Below the pieces are notes generated by a model. It was given only the letters and a program-made list of their open reading frames with translations. It was not told the DNA's origin and searched no databases. Shown here in pieces: positions 1 through 8,816 of a stretch of 64,000 nucleotides of DNA. The stretch is taken from positions 64,001-128,000 of the forward strand of contig JAYTOU010000023.1 in NCBI GenBank assembly GCA_043747615.1. The letters run 5' to 3'. Every line of letters starts with the position of its first letter. Position 1 is the first letter of the stretch. This DNA comes from Myxococcales bacterium (GTDB lineage Bacteria; Myxococcota_A; Polyangia; Polyangiales; Polyangiaceae). A program made the position numbers and the translations under genes.

Positions 1-381
1 CATGAGCTGGCTCGGATGACGAGCGGCGACCTCACCTGCAGCGCGCCGACCGCTACCCGCGAGCAGGCCGACGACGTGTGGACCGCGGCCGAGCACGCCC
101 AGTCACTCGCGCGCGCGCGCACCCTTTATTCGCCGGCAAGCGCCGTCTCCGCGGATCGCGAGGCCTCGACGACGCTGCTCGAGAGCGGCCACGGCGAAGA
201 GGGCTACGTCGCGTGGCTCTCGTTCCTGGACGCCATCGAACGCGCTCCCACTCCGAAGGATCGCGGTGATCTGAGCGCTCCTGCCTACCTCGTAACTCAT
301 CCTCACGCCGGCACACGCCGCGACGCTTTTCGCGTCATCGCCAACGATTGGCGCGCGCAGCGTAAGATCCCCCATGCCTGA
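1..381 (+). CDS. Hypothetical protein, 3' part (frame open from window start)
   Basis: Frame 1 is stop-free from base 1 to TGA at 379-381; no recognisable motif. Confidence 0.55.
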   Translation, partial: HELARMTSGDLTCSAPTATREQADDVWTAAEHAQSLARARTLYSPASAVSADREASTTLLESGHGEEGYVAWLSFLDAIERAPTPKDRGDLSAPAYLVTHPHAGTRRDAFRVIANDWRAQRKIPHA

Positions 382-472
382 GCGTTTCCTGCTTGCATGC
401 CTTTTCTTTCCAATATGCGCGAGCAGAAAGAAGTAAAGTGCTCGCGTTGAAACCGATGAGGGAGATCCTTCG

Positions 473-1297
473 ATGACACTGCGAATCCGTTCTTTCACCA
501 CAAGCCGCTCGGTTGTCGCCCTCGCGGCCACTGCTGTTCTCGTCCCGGTCATCGCCTGTGGCGGTGGCGACAAGACGCCGCCCGCCAATCCGCAGCAGCA
601 GGGCATGAACCAGCAAGGCCAGCAACAAGGCCAGTTCCCCCAGCAGCAGCAACAACAGTTCCCGCAACAGCAAGGCCAACAACAAGGCCAGGGATTCCCG
701 CAGCAGCAGCCCCAGCAGCAAGGTCAGGGATTCCCGCAGCAGCAGCCCCAGCAGTTTCCCCAGCAGCAGGGGCAGCCGCCGCAGCAGCAAGGTCAGCAAC
801 CGCCCGCCGCCGGACTACCCGCGCAGCCCGTTCCGCAAGATTTGCTCGCGCAGATCATGGGAGCAGGGGCCGCGATCATGCAGAACCCGGGCGGAGCTGC
901 TGGCGGCCTCACGGCCGATCCTACGGAGCTCGGAATCAAGATTGCCGCGGCGCGCTTCGCCCCGGGAATGCAGCCCGAAGGCCAAATGGCGAAGGACAAC
1001 CTTCAGCAAGACGGTCACAAGGAAATGATGATCAGCATGCAGGGGGGCAAGTGCTACACGATCATCGGCTTCTCCCCGCTCGGCGCGATCAAAAACCTCG
1101 ACCTCCACCTGCTCGCGCCGCCGTTCTACAACGTGCAGGCCGGTCAGGACGACTCACAGGACAACACGGCGGTCATCGGTCGCGGCAACAACCCGACGTG
1201 CCCGATCACTCCGTTCCCCCTGCAGTACAAGGTCGATCTCCACGCGAAGAGCGGCTCGGGCCCGGTCGGAGTTCAGCTCTTCTCGAAGTCGAAGTAG
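473..1297 (+). CDS. Lipoprotein with Gln/Pro-rich low-complexity region and C-terminal beta-rich domain
   Basis: Lipobox-like VIAC-GG, GQ(G/F)FPQQQ repeats, globular C-terminus (GKCYTIIG...NLDLHL...YKVDL); GGAG upstream of ATG. Confidence 0.8.
   Translation: MTLRIRSFTTSRSVVALAATAVLVPVIACGGGDKTPPANPQQQGMNQQGQQQGQFPQQQQQQFPQQQGQQQGQGFPQQQPQQQGQGFPQQQPQQFPQQQGQPPQQQGQQPPAAGLPAQPVPQDLLAQIMGAGAAIMQNPGGAAGGLTADPTELGIKIAAARFAPGMQPEGQMAKDNLQQDGHKEMMISMQGGKCYTIIGFSPLGAIKNLDLHLLAPPFYNVQAGQDDSQDNTAVIGRGNNPTCPITPFPLQYKVDLHAKSGSGPVGVQLFSKSK
592..798 (+). repeat. Coding tandem repeats (CAG-rich, GQGFPQQQPQQ-like units)
   Basis: Near-identical units such as CAGGGATTCCCGCAGCAGCAGCCCCAGCAG occur twice, with further degenerate copies. 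Confidence 0.85.
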
Positions 1298-1348
1298 ACA
1301 CCGACGAATGTGAGCACCTGAAGCAACCTGCTCGGGCTTTGAGCCGAG

Positions 1349-2248
1349 ATGATCTGCGTGATAGACGCGCGCGATCTCGAACCCGGGCAGGCGGAATATC
1401 CCTCACGCATTCGCGCTCTCGCGGACGCGCCAACGGCGCTCAGCGTCGCGGGCACGCTCGACGATCGCGCACCGACCGTGGCGATCGTCGGCACGCGTGA
1501 GCCCAGCGAAGAAGTTCTCAAGTTCACTTCCCAGCTCGCCGCAGCTTGCGTAAGAGCTGGCGCTGTCGTCGTGTCGGGGGCGGCGTTCGGCGTCGACGCC
1601 GCCGCCCATCGTGGGGCACTCGATGCTGGAGGACGAACCTGGGCCGTAGCACCGTGCGGTCGAGATCACATCGCACCGATCCAGCACAAGCCCCTCTATC
1701 GCGCGATTGTCGACGGCGGCGGAGCCGTGATCTGGCCCTTTGAGCACGCGCAGCCCGCACGGATATGGACGTATTTTCCAAGGAATCGGATTCTCGTCGC
1801 GCTCGCGGACGTCGTCGTGGTCACCCAGGCCGACATCCCTTCGGGCGCGCTCAACGCGGCGAGCTGGGCACGGTCGCTCGGGCGTCCCCTGTGGGTCGTT
1901 CCGGCTTCGCCATGGGTCAGTGGCTTTCGGGGCAGCTGGGCGCTCCTCGACAAGGGAGCGCGCCATCTCACCTCCATCGAGTCTTTTCTCTACGACACGG
2001 GGCTCGTCCCGAAACCCAAGGAGTCGACAGCTCAACTGGAGCTTCCCTCCTCTAATAGGGTGGCGCCAAGAGCCTACTCAGGAGCCGAAACGGCGGTTCT
2101 CGGGAAGCTCGGAACGAAGCCGATTCACATCGACGAGCTCGTCGTTTTGACTGCTCTTTCGACCAGCGCAGCCGTGACAGCCCTCTTGACGCTCTCGTTG
2201 GAGCACGTACTAGTAGAGGGTCCTGACGGCTTCTTCCGTCGTTCATAA
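1349..2248 (+). CDS. dprA: DNA-processing protein DprA/Smf
   Basis: VAIVGTR, VVSGAAFGVDAAAH, FPRNRIL, SGAL motifs, C-terminal winged helix; classic position upstream of topA. Confidence 0.93.
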   Translation: MICVIDARDLEPGQAEYPSRIRALADAPTALSVAGTLDDRAPTVAIVGTREPSEEVLKFTSQLAAACVRAGAVVVSGAAFGVDAAAHRGALDAGGRTWAVAPCGRDHIAPIQHKPLYRAIVDGGGAVIWPFEHAQPARIWTYFPRNRILVALADVVVVTQADIPSGALNAASWARSLGRPLWVVPASPWVSGFRGSWALLDKGARHLTSIESFLYDTGLVPKPKESTAQLELPSSNRVAPRAYSGAETAVLGKLGTKPIHIDELVVLTALSTSAAVTALLTLSLEHVLVEGPDGFFRRS

Positions 2249-2305
2249 TGTTGTAAGCATCCGAATTCACTGGCGATTTTAGGTCGCTACCGAGAGCCGA
2301 TCCCG

Positions 2306-4663
2306 ATGGGAAAAACGCTTGTGGTCGTGGAGTCTCCGGCAAAGGCCAAGACGATCAAGAAGTACTTGGGGGCGAAGTACGAGGTCCTCGCGTCCAAGGG
2401 GCACGTCAAAGACCTCCCCAAAAAGATGGGGATCGACGTCGAAAACGGATTCGAGGAGACGTACGAGGTCATCGCCGGCAAGGAAAAAGTCCTTACCGAG
2501 CTCAAGGCTGCAGCCAAGCTCGCGGACGTCGTCTTGCTCGCAACCGACCCTGATCGCGAGGGGGAAGCCATCGCCTGGCACCTCGCCGAGGAGCTCGGGG
2601 GCAAGAAGAAAGTCACCAAGCGCGTCGAGTTCCACGAGATCACCAAGAACGGCGTCTTGAAGGGGGTCGCGAATCCGCGCGCGCTCAACAAGCATCTTTA
2701 CGACGCGCAGCGCTGCCGCCGAGTCCTCGATCGCATCGTGGGCTACGACGTCTCGGCCCTCGTTTGGTCGAAGCTCGCCTTCGGGCTTTCTGCAGGGCGA
2801 GTCCAGAGCGTTGCCCTGCGACTCATCGTGGACCGCGAGCGCGAGATCGATGCGTTCATTCCCGAGGAGTACTGGAACTGCGCGGTCGGGCTCGCCAAGA
2901 AAGAGGGAGCGAAGCTCCTTGCCCGTCTCACGCAGCGCGACGGAAAGAAATTTCCCGTCCTAAACGGTGACACGGCCGCGGAGGTGCGCGCGCATCTCGA
3001 GAAGGCAACGTTCAGGGTCGCGAAGATCACGAAGAACGAGCGCAAGCGCCACGCGCCGCCCCCGTACACGACGAGCAAGCTCCAGCAGGACGCCGTCAAT
3101 CGCCTTGGATTTGGCGCCAAACGCTCGATGCAGGTCGCGCAGGGTCTTTACGAGGGCGTTGATCTCGGGAAGGAAGACGGCGGCTCCGTCGGTCTCATCA
3201 CGTACATGCGTACCGACTCCACGCGCTCGTCGCCGGAAGCGGTCGCCGAGGCGCGCGAGCACATCACGACGCGCTACGGAAAAGAGTTCGTCCCCGCCGA
3301 GCCCAACGCCTTCAAGGCGAAGAAAGGCGCGCAAGACGCCCACGAAGCCATCCGTCCCACCAGCCTGGATCTCCCTCCCGAGAGCGTGCGCAAGCACCTG
3401 AAGGACGAACAATTCAAGCTCTACAAAATGATCTGGGAGCGTTTCCTCGCGAGCCAGATGAAGGACGCGGTCTACGACCAGACCGGGATCGACATCGAAG
3501 CAAAGGCGAAGGACGCGCCGGCGTACACCCTTCGCGCGGGCGGACGCGTTCTGAAATTCGCTGGATGGCTCGCAGCGTACGGCGAAGGCGAAAACAAGAC
3601 GGAGCAAGCCGGCGAGGAGACGACGGGCGTCCCCGCAGAAGACGACGAAGCGCTCCTTCCCGAGGTCCACGACAACGAGATCCTCCTCCTCGCGACGCCC
3701 CCCGGCGTAATCACCGAGCAGAAATTCACGCAGCCGCCGCCGCGGTACAACGAAGGGTCGCTCGTTCGTGAGCTCGAAGAGCGCGGCATCGGACGGCCGA
3801 GCACGTACGCCGAGATCATCAGCAAAGTTCAGGCGCGCGACTACGTCGAGAAGCTCGAGGGGCGTTTCCATCCGACGACGCTCGGAAAATACGTGGTCGA
3901 CGGGCTCGTGAAGAGCGCGCTCGACTTCATGGATCCGGCGTTCACGTCCAGCATGGAAGCCGAGCTCGACGAGGTCGAAGCGGGGAACGAAGACCGCGTC
4001 GTCCTCCTGTCACGATTCTACAAAAAATTCAGAACGCAGCTCGACGCCTCCAAGAAGGGCTCGCGCTGGAATCCCGATCCCGAGCCCACCGACGAGCTCT
4101 GCGATCTCGACGGCGGCGTCATGATGAAGCGCTGGTCCAAGAACGGTTGGTTCTTGGGTTGCGCGAACTATCCAAAATGCAAAAACACGCGCGACCTCGG
4201 GCCCGACGGAAACGGCTCTAGCGCGCCCCCAGAACCGACGGGCATCGACTGCGACAAGTGCGGCAAACCGATGATCAAGCGCAGTGGGCGCTACGGAGAA
4301 TTCCTGTCGTGCACCGGCTACCCGGGGTGCAAGAACGCGAAGCCCATTCCGCTCGGCGTCCCGTGTCCCAAGTGCGGAGGTGATCTCATCGAGGTGCGCC
4401 CGCGCAAAAAGGGAGGACGCACGTTCTACGGCTGCTCGAACTACAACAACGAAACTCTCAAGTGCGATTTCAAGCTCTGGCAGAAGCCGATCAAAGAGCC
4501 CTGCCCGCTTTGCAACGCGGGGTTTCTCATCATGGCCGGCTCCAAGAACAAGCCGATGATTGCCTGCGCAAGCAAGGAGTGCGGCTACAAGCGCTCAGTC
4601 GATGATCCGCCGGAGCCCGCTAACGATGCTCCGGGTCACGTCGCCGAAACTCCGGCCGCCTAG
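2306..4663 (+). CDS. topA: DNA topoisomerase I (type IA)
   Basis: LVVVESPAKAK, ATDPDREGEAI, SAGRVQS, ITYMRTDS catalytic Tyr, AHEAIRPT, GIGRPSTYA, C4 zinc ribbons. Confidence 0.98.
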   Translation: MGKTLVVVESPAKAKTIKKYLGAKYEVLASKGHVKDLPKKMGIDVENGFEETYEVIAGKEKVLTELKAAAKLADVVLLATDPDREGEAIAWHLAEELGGKKKVTKRVEFHEITKNGVLKGVANPRALNKHLYDAQRCRRVLDRIVGYDVSALVWSKLAFGLSAGRVQSVALRLIVDREREIDAFIPEEYWNCAVGLAKKEGAKLLARLTQRDGKKFPVLNGDTAAEVRAHLEKATFRVAKITKNERKRHAPPPYTTSKLQQDAVNRLGFGAKRSMQVAQGLYEGVDLGKEDGGSVGLITYMRTDSTRSSPEAVAEAREHITTRYGKEFVPAEPNAFKAKKGAQDAHEAIRPTSLDLPPESVRKHLKDEQFKLYKMIWERFLASQMKDAVYDQTGIDIEAKAKDAPAYTLRAGGRVLKFAGWLAAYGEGENKTEQAGEETTGVPAEDDEALLPEVHDNEILLLATPPGVITEQKFTQPPPRYNEGSLVRELEERGIGRPSTYAEIISKVQARDYVEKLEGRFHPTTLGKYVVDGLVKSALDFMDPAFTSSMEAELDEVEAGNEDRVVLLSRFYKKFRTQLDASKKGSRWNPDPEPTDELCDLDGGVMMKRWSKNGWFLGCANYPKCKNTRDLGPDGNGSSAPPEPTGIDCDKCGKPMIKRSGRYGEFLSCTGYPGCKNAKPIPLGVPCPKCGGDLIEVRPRKKGGRTFYGCSNYNNETLKCDFKLWQKPIKEPCPLCNAGFLIMAGSKNKPMIACASKECGYKRSVDDPPEPANDAPGHVAETPAA

Positions 4664-4782
4664 TCCGACTCGGAAGGCGCGACTACGTGCGCGGTGACCG
4701 CCAGGAACGCAGCGACCTCGGGATCGCTGATCGGTTGTCCCTGCTCCGGCTGGAGAATCGCGTCGACGGTTGACTTCAGAAA

Positions 4783-5316
4783 CTACTTCTTAGCTTTTTT
4801 CTCGACGATGTCGTCGTGCATCGGCGCGATGAGGGCGAAGACTTCGCTCTTCTCTTTTTCGCCGACCTTGTTCTCGTCGAGCGCGAGCGTGAAGTCTTTC
4901 ACGAAGGCATCCCAGTGCGCTTCCGTAAGGCCCATGCCCTTGTGCGCCGCTTTCATGTCCTTGCCCGAGTACTTGCACGGCCCTCCCGAAGCTTCGCAGA
5001 TTTGCTCGATCATGACCTGCTTCAGGTGATCGAGCCTGGGCCCGGTGGTCTTAGCGAAGAGTTTCTTGATGTCCGGGTCGGCGGCTGCGTTCTTGAGTAA
5101 GGAGTCGATTACGGCCGAGATGGCCTCTTTGCCTCCGAGGCGCTCGAAGAGCGTTTTCGGGGCCGGGGGTGCGGCGTCCGCGGGCTCTACGCCGGCGTCG
5201 CCATGGGTGTCAGTCGTCGACGGTTCCATCGGCTTCGGCGGTTTTTTGCCTCCGCAAGCGACGAGGGCGAGGGACGCAATCGTAATAATGGCTGCACCGG
5301 TAAGCTTGATTTTCAT
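4783..5316 (-). CDS. Group I truncated haemoglobin with lipoprotein signal
   Basis: ATG at 5316 with GAGAGG RBS; LVAC lipobox; TLFERLGG, GGPCKYSGKDMKAAH (proximal His). Confidence 0.88.
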   Translation of the reverse strand: MKIKLTGAAIITIASLALVACGGKKPPKPMEPSTTDTHGDAGVEPADAAPPAPKTLFERLGGKEAISAVIDSLLKNAAADPDIKKLFAKTTGPRLDHLKQVMIEQICEASGGPCKYSGKDMKAAHKGMGLTEAHWDAFVKDFTLALDENKVGEKEKSEVFALIAPMHDDIVEKKAKK

Positions 5317-5494
5317 GGGATTGCCTCTCTCGATCGGTGAATCTGAGGGGCACATTAGGCGGATCCGGCCAGAAAAATCCAAGAACTTTCGGGACCCGTG
5401 CGCACGACCCGCTTCGTTAGTTTTTGGCAAATTGAAAAAAATAGGGCGAAAACCAATGCACGTACGCCACGCGTCGCAGAGGTAGAGCAATCTT

Positions 5495-7363
5495 TTGAGC
5501 ACCTGCAGTCTACAAATCGCCGGTTTCACGGTGCTTCGTTCCGAGGGTGGGCCTCCGGAAGCGGAGTACGTGTTGTTCGACAGCGCGGAGATCGAGCTGC
5601 GCTCGGTCGCGCTTCAGAGCGTGCGCGAGACCGGGTACCGAACGACTGTGGGCAACGCCCTCGAGCGCTTGGAGGCCGCGGGCATTACCGTCGCCCTCGC
5701 CTGCGAGGCAGCGGAAGCTCTCGCCCCTGCCCTCCGAGCTGCGTACGCGCGAGGGGCGGCGCGACGGGCCGTTCAGCTCCTTGGTCCTGCGGAGCTGTTC
5801 GACGGTTATGTGTATGATGCACACACCAAGAGCTACCAAGGTCTGTGGGTCGATCTGCAAGCGCTCGCGACCGACCTCAACGTTCCCAATGCGAGCGCGG
5901 TGATGCAGGCGATGTCGCTCGTGAGCCTTCTCGCGGACTCGCCACGCAAAGCCGAGCTTCATCTCTCGACGGCGGACTACACGAGGGACCGGCGGGTCGG
6001 AGAGCGCTCGCATCGGAGGGTCTCGATGAAGAACGCCGAGCTTCTGCCGGATGCGCTACGCATGCTCGCCTTGCGCAAGGCGTTCGAGGCGGATGCGACC
6101 CACACCGGATCGGAGCTCCTCGAGATTCTCGGCAAGCGCGGGACGGTCGACTCAGCGCGGCTCAGAAAAATTCAGGATGCGTTATCGGTCTCCGAGCCTC
6201 CTCGGCGCGGCCCTCTTTCCGATCCCGCAATCTGGACGATCGAAACCAATCTCTCCGCAGGGGAGACCGAAGCGGTGATCGAGCACATCGACATGCTCGA
6301 GCGCACGCGTGGTCGGCAACCCGGCACGATTTATCTGCGAAGCCGAGCGGCGTTGATGCTTGGCTCCGAAGCACCCGAAGTCATCGCCGAGCGGCTCTCG
6401 CAACTCTCGATCTCTCACTCTTTCCCGGAGCTCGAGCTGCTCACGGCGCAAGCGTGGTGGGCGGCGGGAAAGCCTTCACGCGCGCTCCCGTTTGCCCGCA
6501 ACATTCTCGCGAGCCCGCACACATCCGAAGAAGTGCGTGCGCGCGCCGAGCTGATCATGGGCCGAGCTTCGGCCGAAGAGGAAAAAGGCGCCGCCTCCCA
6601 GGATCGCTCGACGCCAGCGGTTCGCTCTCTTCGCCCGATCTCGACGCCGGATCTGCCCGTCGAACAGAGGCGAACGGCTCCGCCGGGTGCCCCGCAGCCT
6701 TCGACGCAGCGTGATTCGGGCGACGGTTATTTCTCGGGTCTCGATCTGGAGCACTCGCCGGTCCCTGCCGTGCTCCTCGGAGGTGGACAGGTGAAGCCCT
6801 GGATGCAGGGCGCGTCGATGCCGCCGTTTCGCTCCGATTTTCCCCCCGCGAACGCCGGCCTGGCCTCGCCGCGCTTCGAGCCGCGCCCCACGGAGCTGGT
6901 CGAGACCCTGAGCCGGCCTCCCGGAATACATGGAGCGAGCCCGGTCGAAGACGGCCTTCCGCGGAGCGTGAGCGAGGCGCGCCTTACGTTCACCCATCTG
7001 TCACGCGAGCTTGGTCGCGAGTACCGTCTGCGCTTTGGTAGCGTGCTGAGGACGGATCTCGAAGGTCTCGAGCTCGTGCAGACGAAGCTCCGCGAGACGT
7101 TCCCGGACGGCATCATTCGTACATCGGAAGAAGCGCTCTTCCTTCGTAAGCACGGAGCGTTCTTGTCCGAGCTCATCGCACGAAACCTCGGCGCCGAATG
7201 GAGCGACATCAGCCCGAGCGAATTTGGTTACTGGGCGATGATCGTCCCCCCCGCGACCCGCATCTGGCCGTTCGGACGCATCCTTCGTTTCCTTTTCGTC
7301 GGGACGAAAGAGCGCGACCTCGTCAGCTACTACTTAGAGCTGAATGCGCGCGGACGAACGTAG
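5495..7363 (+). CDS. Multidomain hypothetical protein (TPR-like middle, Pro-rich linker, DUF3806-like C-terminus)
   Basis: 622-aa ORF with host-like codon use, abuts greB; domain calls tentative. Confidence 0.7.
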   Translation: MSTCSLQIAGFTVLRSEGGPPEAEYVLFDSAEIELRSVALQSVRETGYRTTVGNALERLEAAGITVALACEAAEALAPALRAAYARGAARRAVQLLGPAELFDGYVYDAHTKSYQGLWVDLQALATDLNVPNASAVMQAMSLVSLLADSPRKAELHLSTADYTRDRRVGERSHRRVSMKNAELLPDALRMLALRKAFEADATHTGSELLEILGKRGTVDSARLRKIQDALSVSEPPRRGPLSDPAIWTIETNLSAGETEAVIEHIDMLERTRGRQPGTIYLRSRAALMLGSEAPEVIAERLSQLSISHSFPELELLTAQAWWAAGKPSRALPFARNILASPHTSEEVRARAELIMGRASAEEEKGAASQDRSTPAVRSLRPISTPDLPVEQRRTAPPGAPQPSTQRDSGDGYFSGLDLEHSPVPAVLLGGGQVKPWMQGASMPPFRSDFPPANAGLASPRFEPRPTELVETLSRPPGIHGASPVEDGLPRSVSEARLTFTHLSRELGREYRLRFGSVLRTDLEGLELVQTKLRETFPDGIIRTSEEALFLRKHGAFLSELIARNLGAEWSDISPSEFGYWAMIVPPATRIWPFGRILRFLFVGTKERDLVSYYLELNARGRT

Positions 7364-7834
7364 ATGGGTGATCCGAATTACATCACGCGCGACGGAGCGA
7401 AGCGTTTGCAGGAGGAGCTGTCGAGCCTTCTCTGGAAGGAGCGCCCAAAAGTCGTTCAAGACGTGCAAGACGCGGCGGCGCAGGGCGATCGCAGCGAGAA
7501 CGCCGAGTACATCTACGGGAAGAAAAAGCTCCGCGAGATCGATCGACGCATCCGCTTTTTGACGAAGCGACTCGAGGCCGTGGAGATCGTCGAGCCTAAC
7601 ACCACCGCCAAAGGACGCATCTTCTTCGGCGCCACCGTGGAGCTCGAAGACGAAAACGGCGGCCGATCGCGCTACCGCATCGTGGGCGAGGACGAGATCG
7701 ACTTGAAGCGCGGTGACATCAGCTGGCGTTCACCGCTGGCGCGCGTTCTCCTTAAAAAGCAGAAGGGCGACGTAGTCTTGCTACGCCGCCCGAATGGTGA
7801 AGTGGAGCTTTCGGTAACTGCCGTCAGCTACTGA
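7364..7834 (+). CDS. greB: Transcription elongation factor GreB
   Basis: GDRSENAEYIYGKKKLREIDRRIRFL; ISWRSPLAR. Confidence 0.96.
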   Translation: MGDPNYITRDGAKRLQEELSSLLWKERPKVVQDVQDAAAQGDRSENAEYIYGKKKLREIDRRIRFLTKRLEAVEIVEPNTTAKGRIFFGATVELEDENGGRSRYRIVGEDEIDLKRGDISWRSPLARVLLKKQKGDVVLLRRPNGEVELSVTAVSY

Positions 7835-8706
7835 ATCTTGACGGCGCCGTTGTGGCGGGCCGCGGAGGACTCATCGTGCAAGTAGAAGGTGTAGTTGCCC
7901 GTGCCGGTGACCATGCGGACCTTGTCTTTGCCGCCCGAAGCGATTTCATTGCCGGGGTTGGTGTCGCCGTGGAAGAAACCGTTCGTCACGTTGTTGGAGT
8001 GAATGATGTGAGTGCTGGAGGTGTCGGCGTTCACGAACTCCACGGCGATCGGCGTGCCGCCCGCGTTGACCACGATCGGTGCGGCGCCGAACACGTTGTT
8101 GTCGGGGAGGCCGGCAATGTTGTTCGGAATGGTGATGGTGAGGATCGGCTTCACGCTGTACGCTATCGGAGCAACGGCGCTCAGGGTGCCTGCGTTGCCC
8201 GTCACCTTGACTGCGGCGGCTGCGGAGGTGATCGACGCGGTAGACGGCGTGTCGAACGAGAGCGTGGTGGACGCCGCGGCCGCACTGTTGATCGTGACCG
8301 TCGGTGTCATGAAGCTTGCGGTGACTCCCGTCGGCAGGCCGCTCGTCACGAGCGTAACGGAGCCGGTAAAGCCGTTCACGGGCGTGACGGTCACGTTGAC
8401 GTTGGTGAGTGAGCGGAGCTCGGTGTCGGCGGTGGCCTTGTCGAGGGTCACGGTGAAGGAGGCCGTCGCGGCAGGGGTGCCAGGGGTGCCGGGAGTGCCG
8501 GGAGTACCAGGAGTTCCCGGGGCGCCGGGAGTGCCGGGGTCCGTGGCCGCGTTCGGGTCTGCGCCCGTTCCGCCCGTTCCGCCGACGTTGTGCCAGTTTC
8601 CGCTGCTCGTGCCGCTTGCGTCGCCGCAACCGCCGAGAGCGACGGCAGTCGCCGCAACGGCGAGGGATACGAAGCGGACGAAGCGGGGGGAGGAGTTCGT
8701 GGCCAT
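7828..8706 (-). CDS. Secreted lipoprotein with PGT repeats, Ig-like region and cupredoxin-like C-terminus
   Basis: LGGC lipobox; (PGT)n linker; VEFVNAD..THIIH..GNYTFYLH resembles a cupredoxin fold lacking the Cys ligand. Confidence 0.72.
   Translation of the reverse strand: MATNSSPRFVRFVSLAVAATAVALGGCGDASGTSSGNWHNVGGTGGTGADPNAATDPGTPGAPGTPGTPGTPGTPGTPAATASFTVTLDKATADTELRSLTNVNVTVTPVNGFTGSVTLVTSGLPTGVTASFMTPTVTINSAAAASTTLSFDTPSTASITSAAAAVKVTGNAGTLSAVAPIAYSVKPILTITIPNNIAGLPDNNVFGAAPIVVNAGGTPIAVEFVNADTSSTHIIHSNNVTNGFFHGDTNPGNEIASGGKDKVRMVTGTGNYTFYLHDESSAARHNGAVKIQ
8474..8539 (-). repeat. 9-bp coding tandem repeat (Pro-Gly-Thr)
   Basis: About seven consecutive PG(T/A) units. Confidence 0.85.
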
Positions 8707-8717
8707 GCCTCCCGCAG

Positions 8718-8733
8718 TGCAAGGTCGAAGCCA
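8718..8733 (-). promoter_or_regulatory. Putative sigma54 -24/-12 promoter
   Basis: Minus strand TGGCTTCGACCTTGCA = GG-N10-GC with TGGC and TTGCA. Confidence 0.65.
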
Positions 8734-8816
8734 CCGTGTTTCATTTCGGTAACAGCGGGGATTCCAGGGAAATTCGGCTGCCAATGCATCCTCGAAAGAG
8801 GCTTACAGTGTGGGTG

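Noticed and set aside
592..798. Repeat array resembling CRISPR
   Set aside because: In-frame coding repeats without unique spacers; no cas genes
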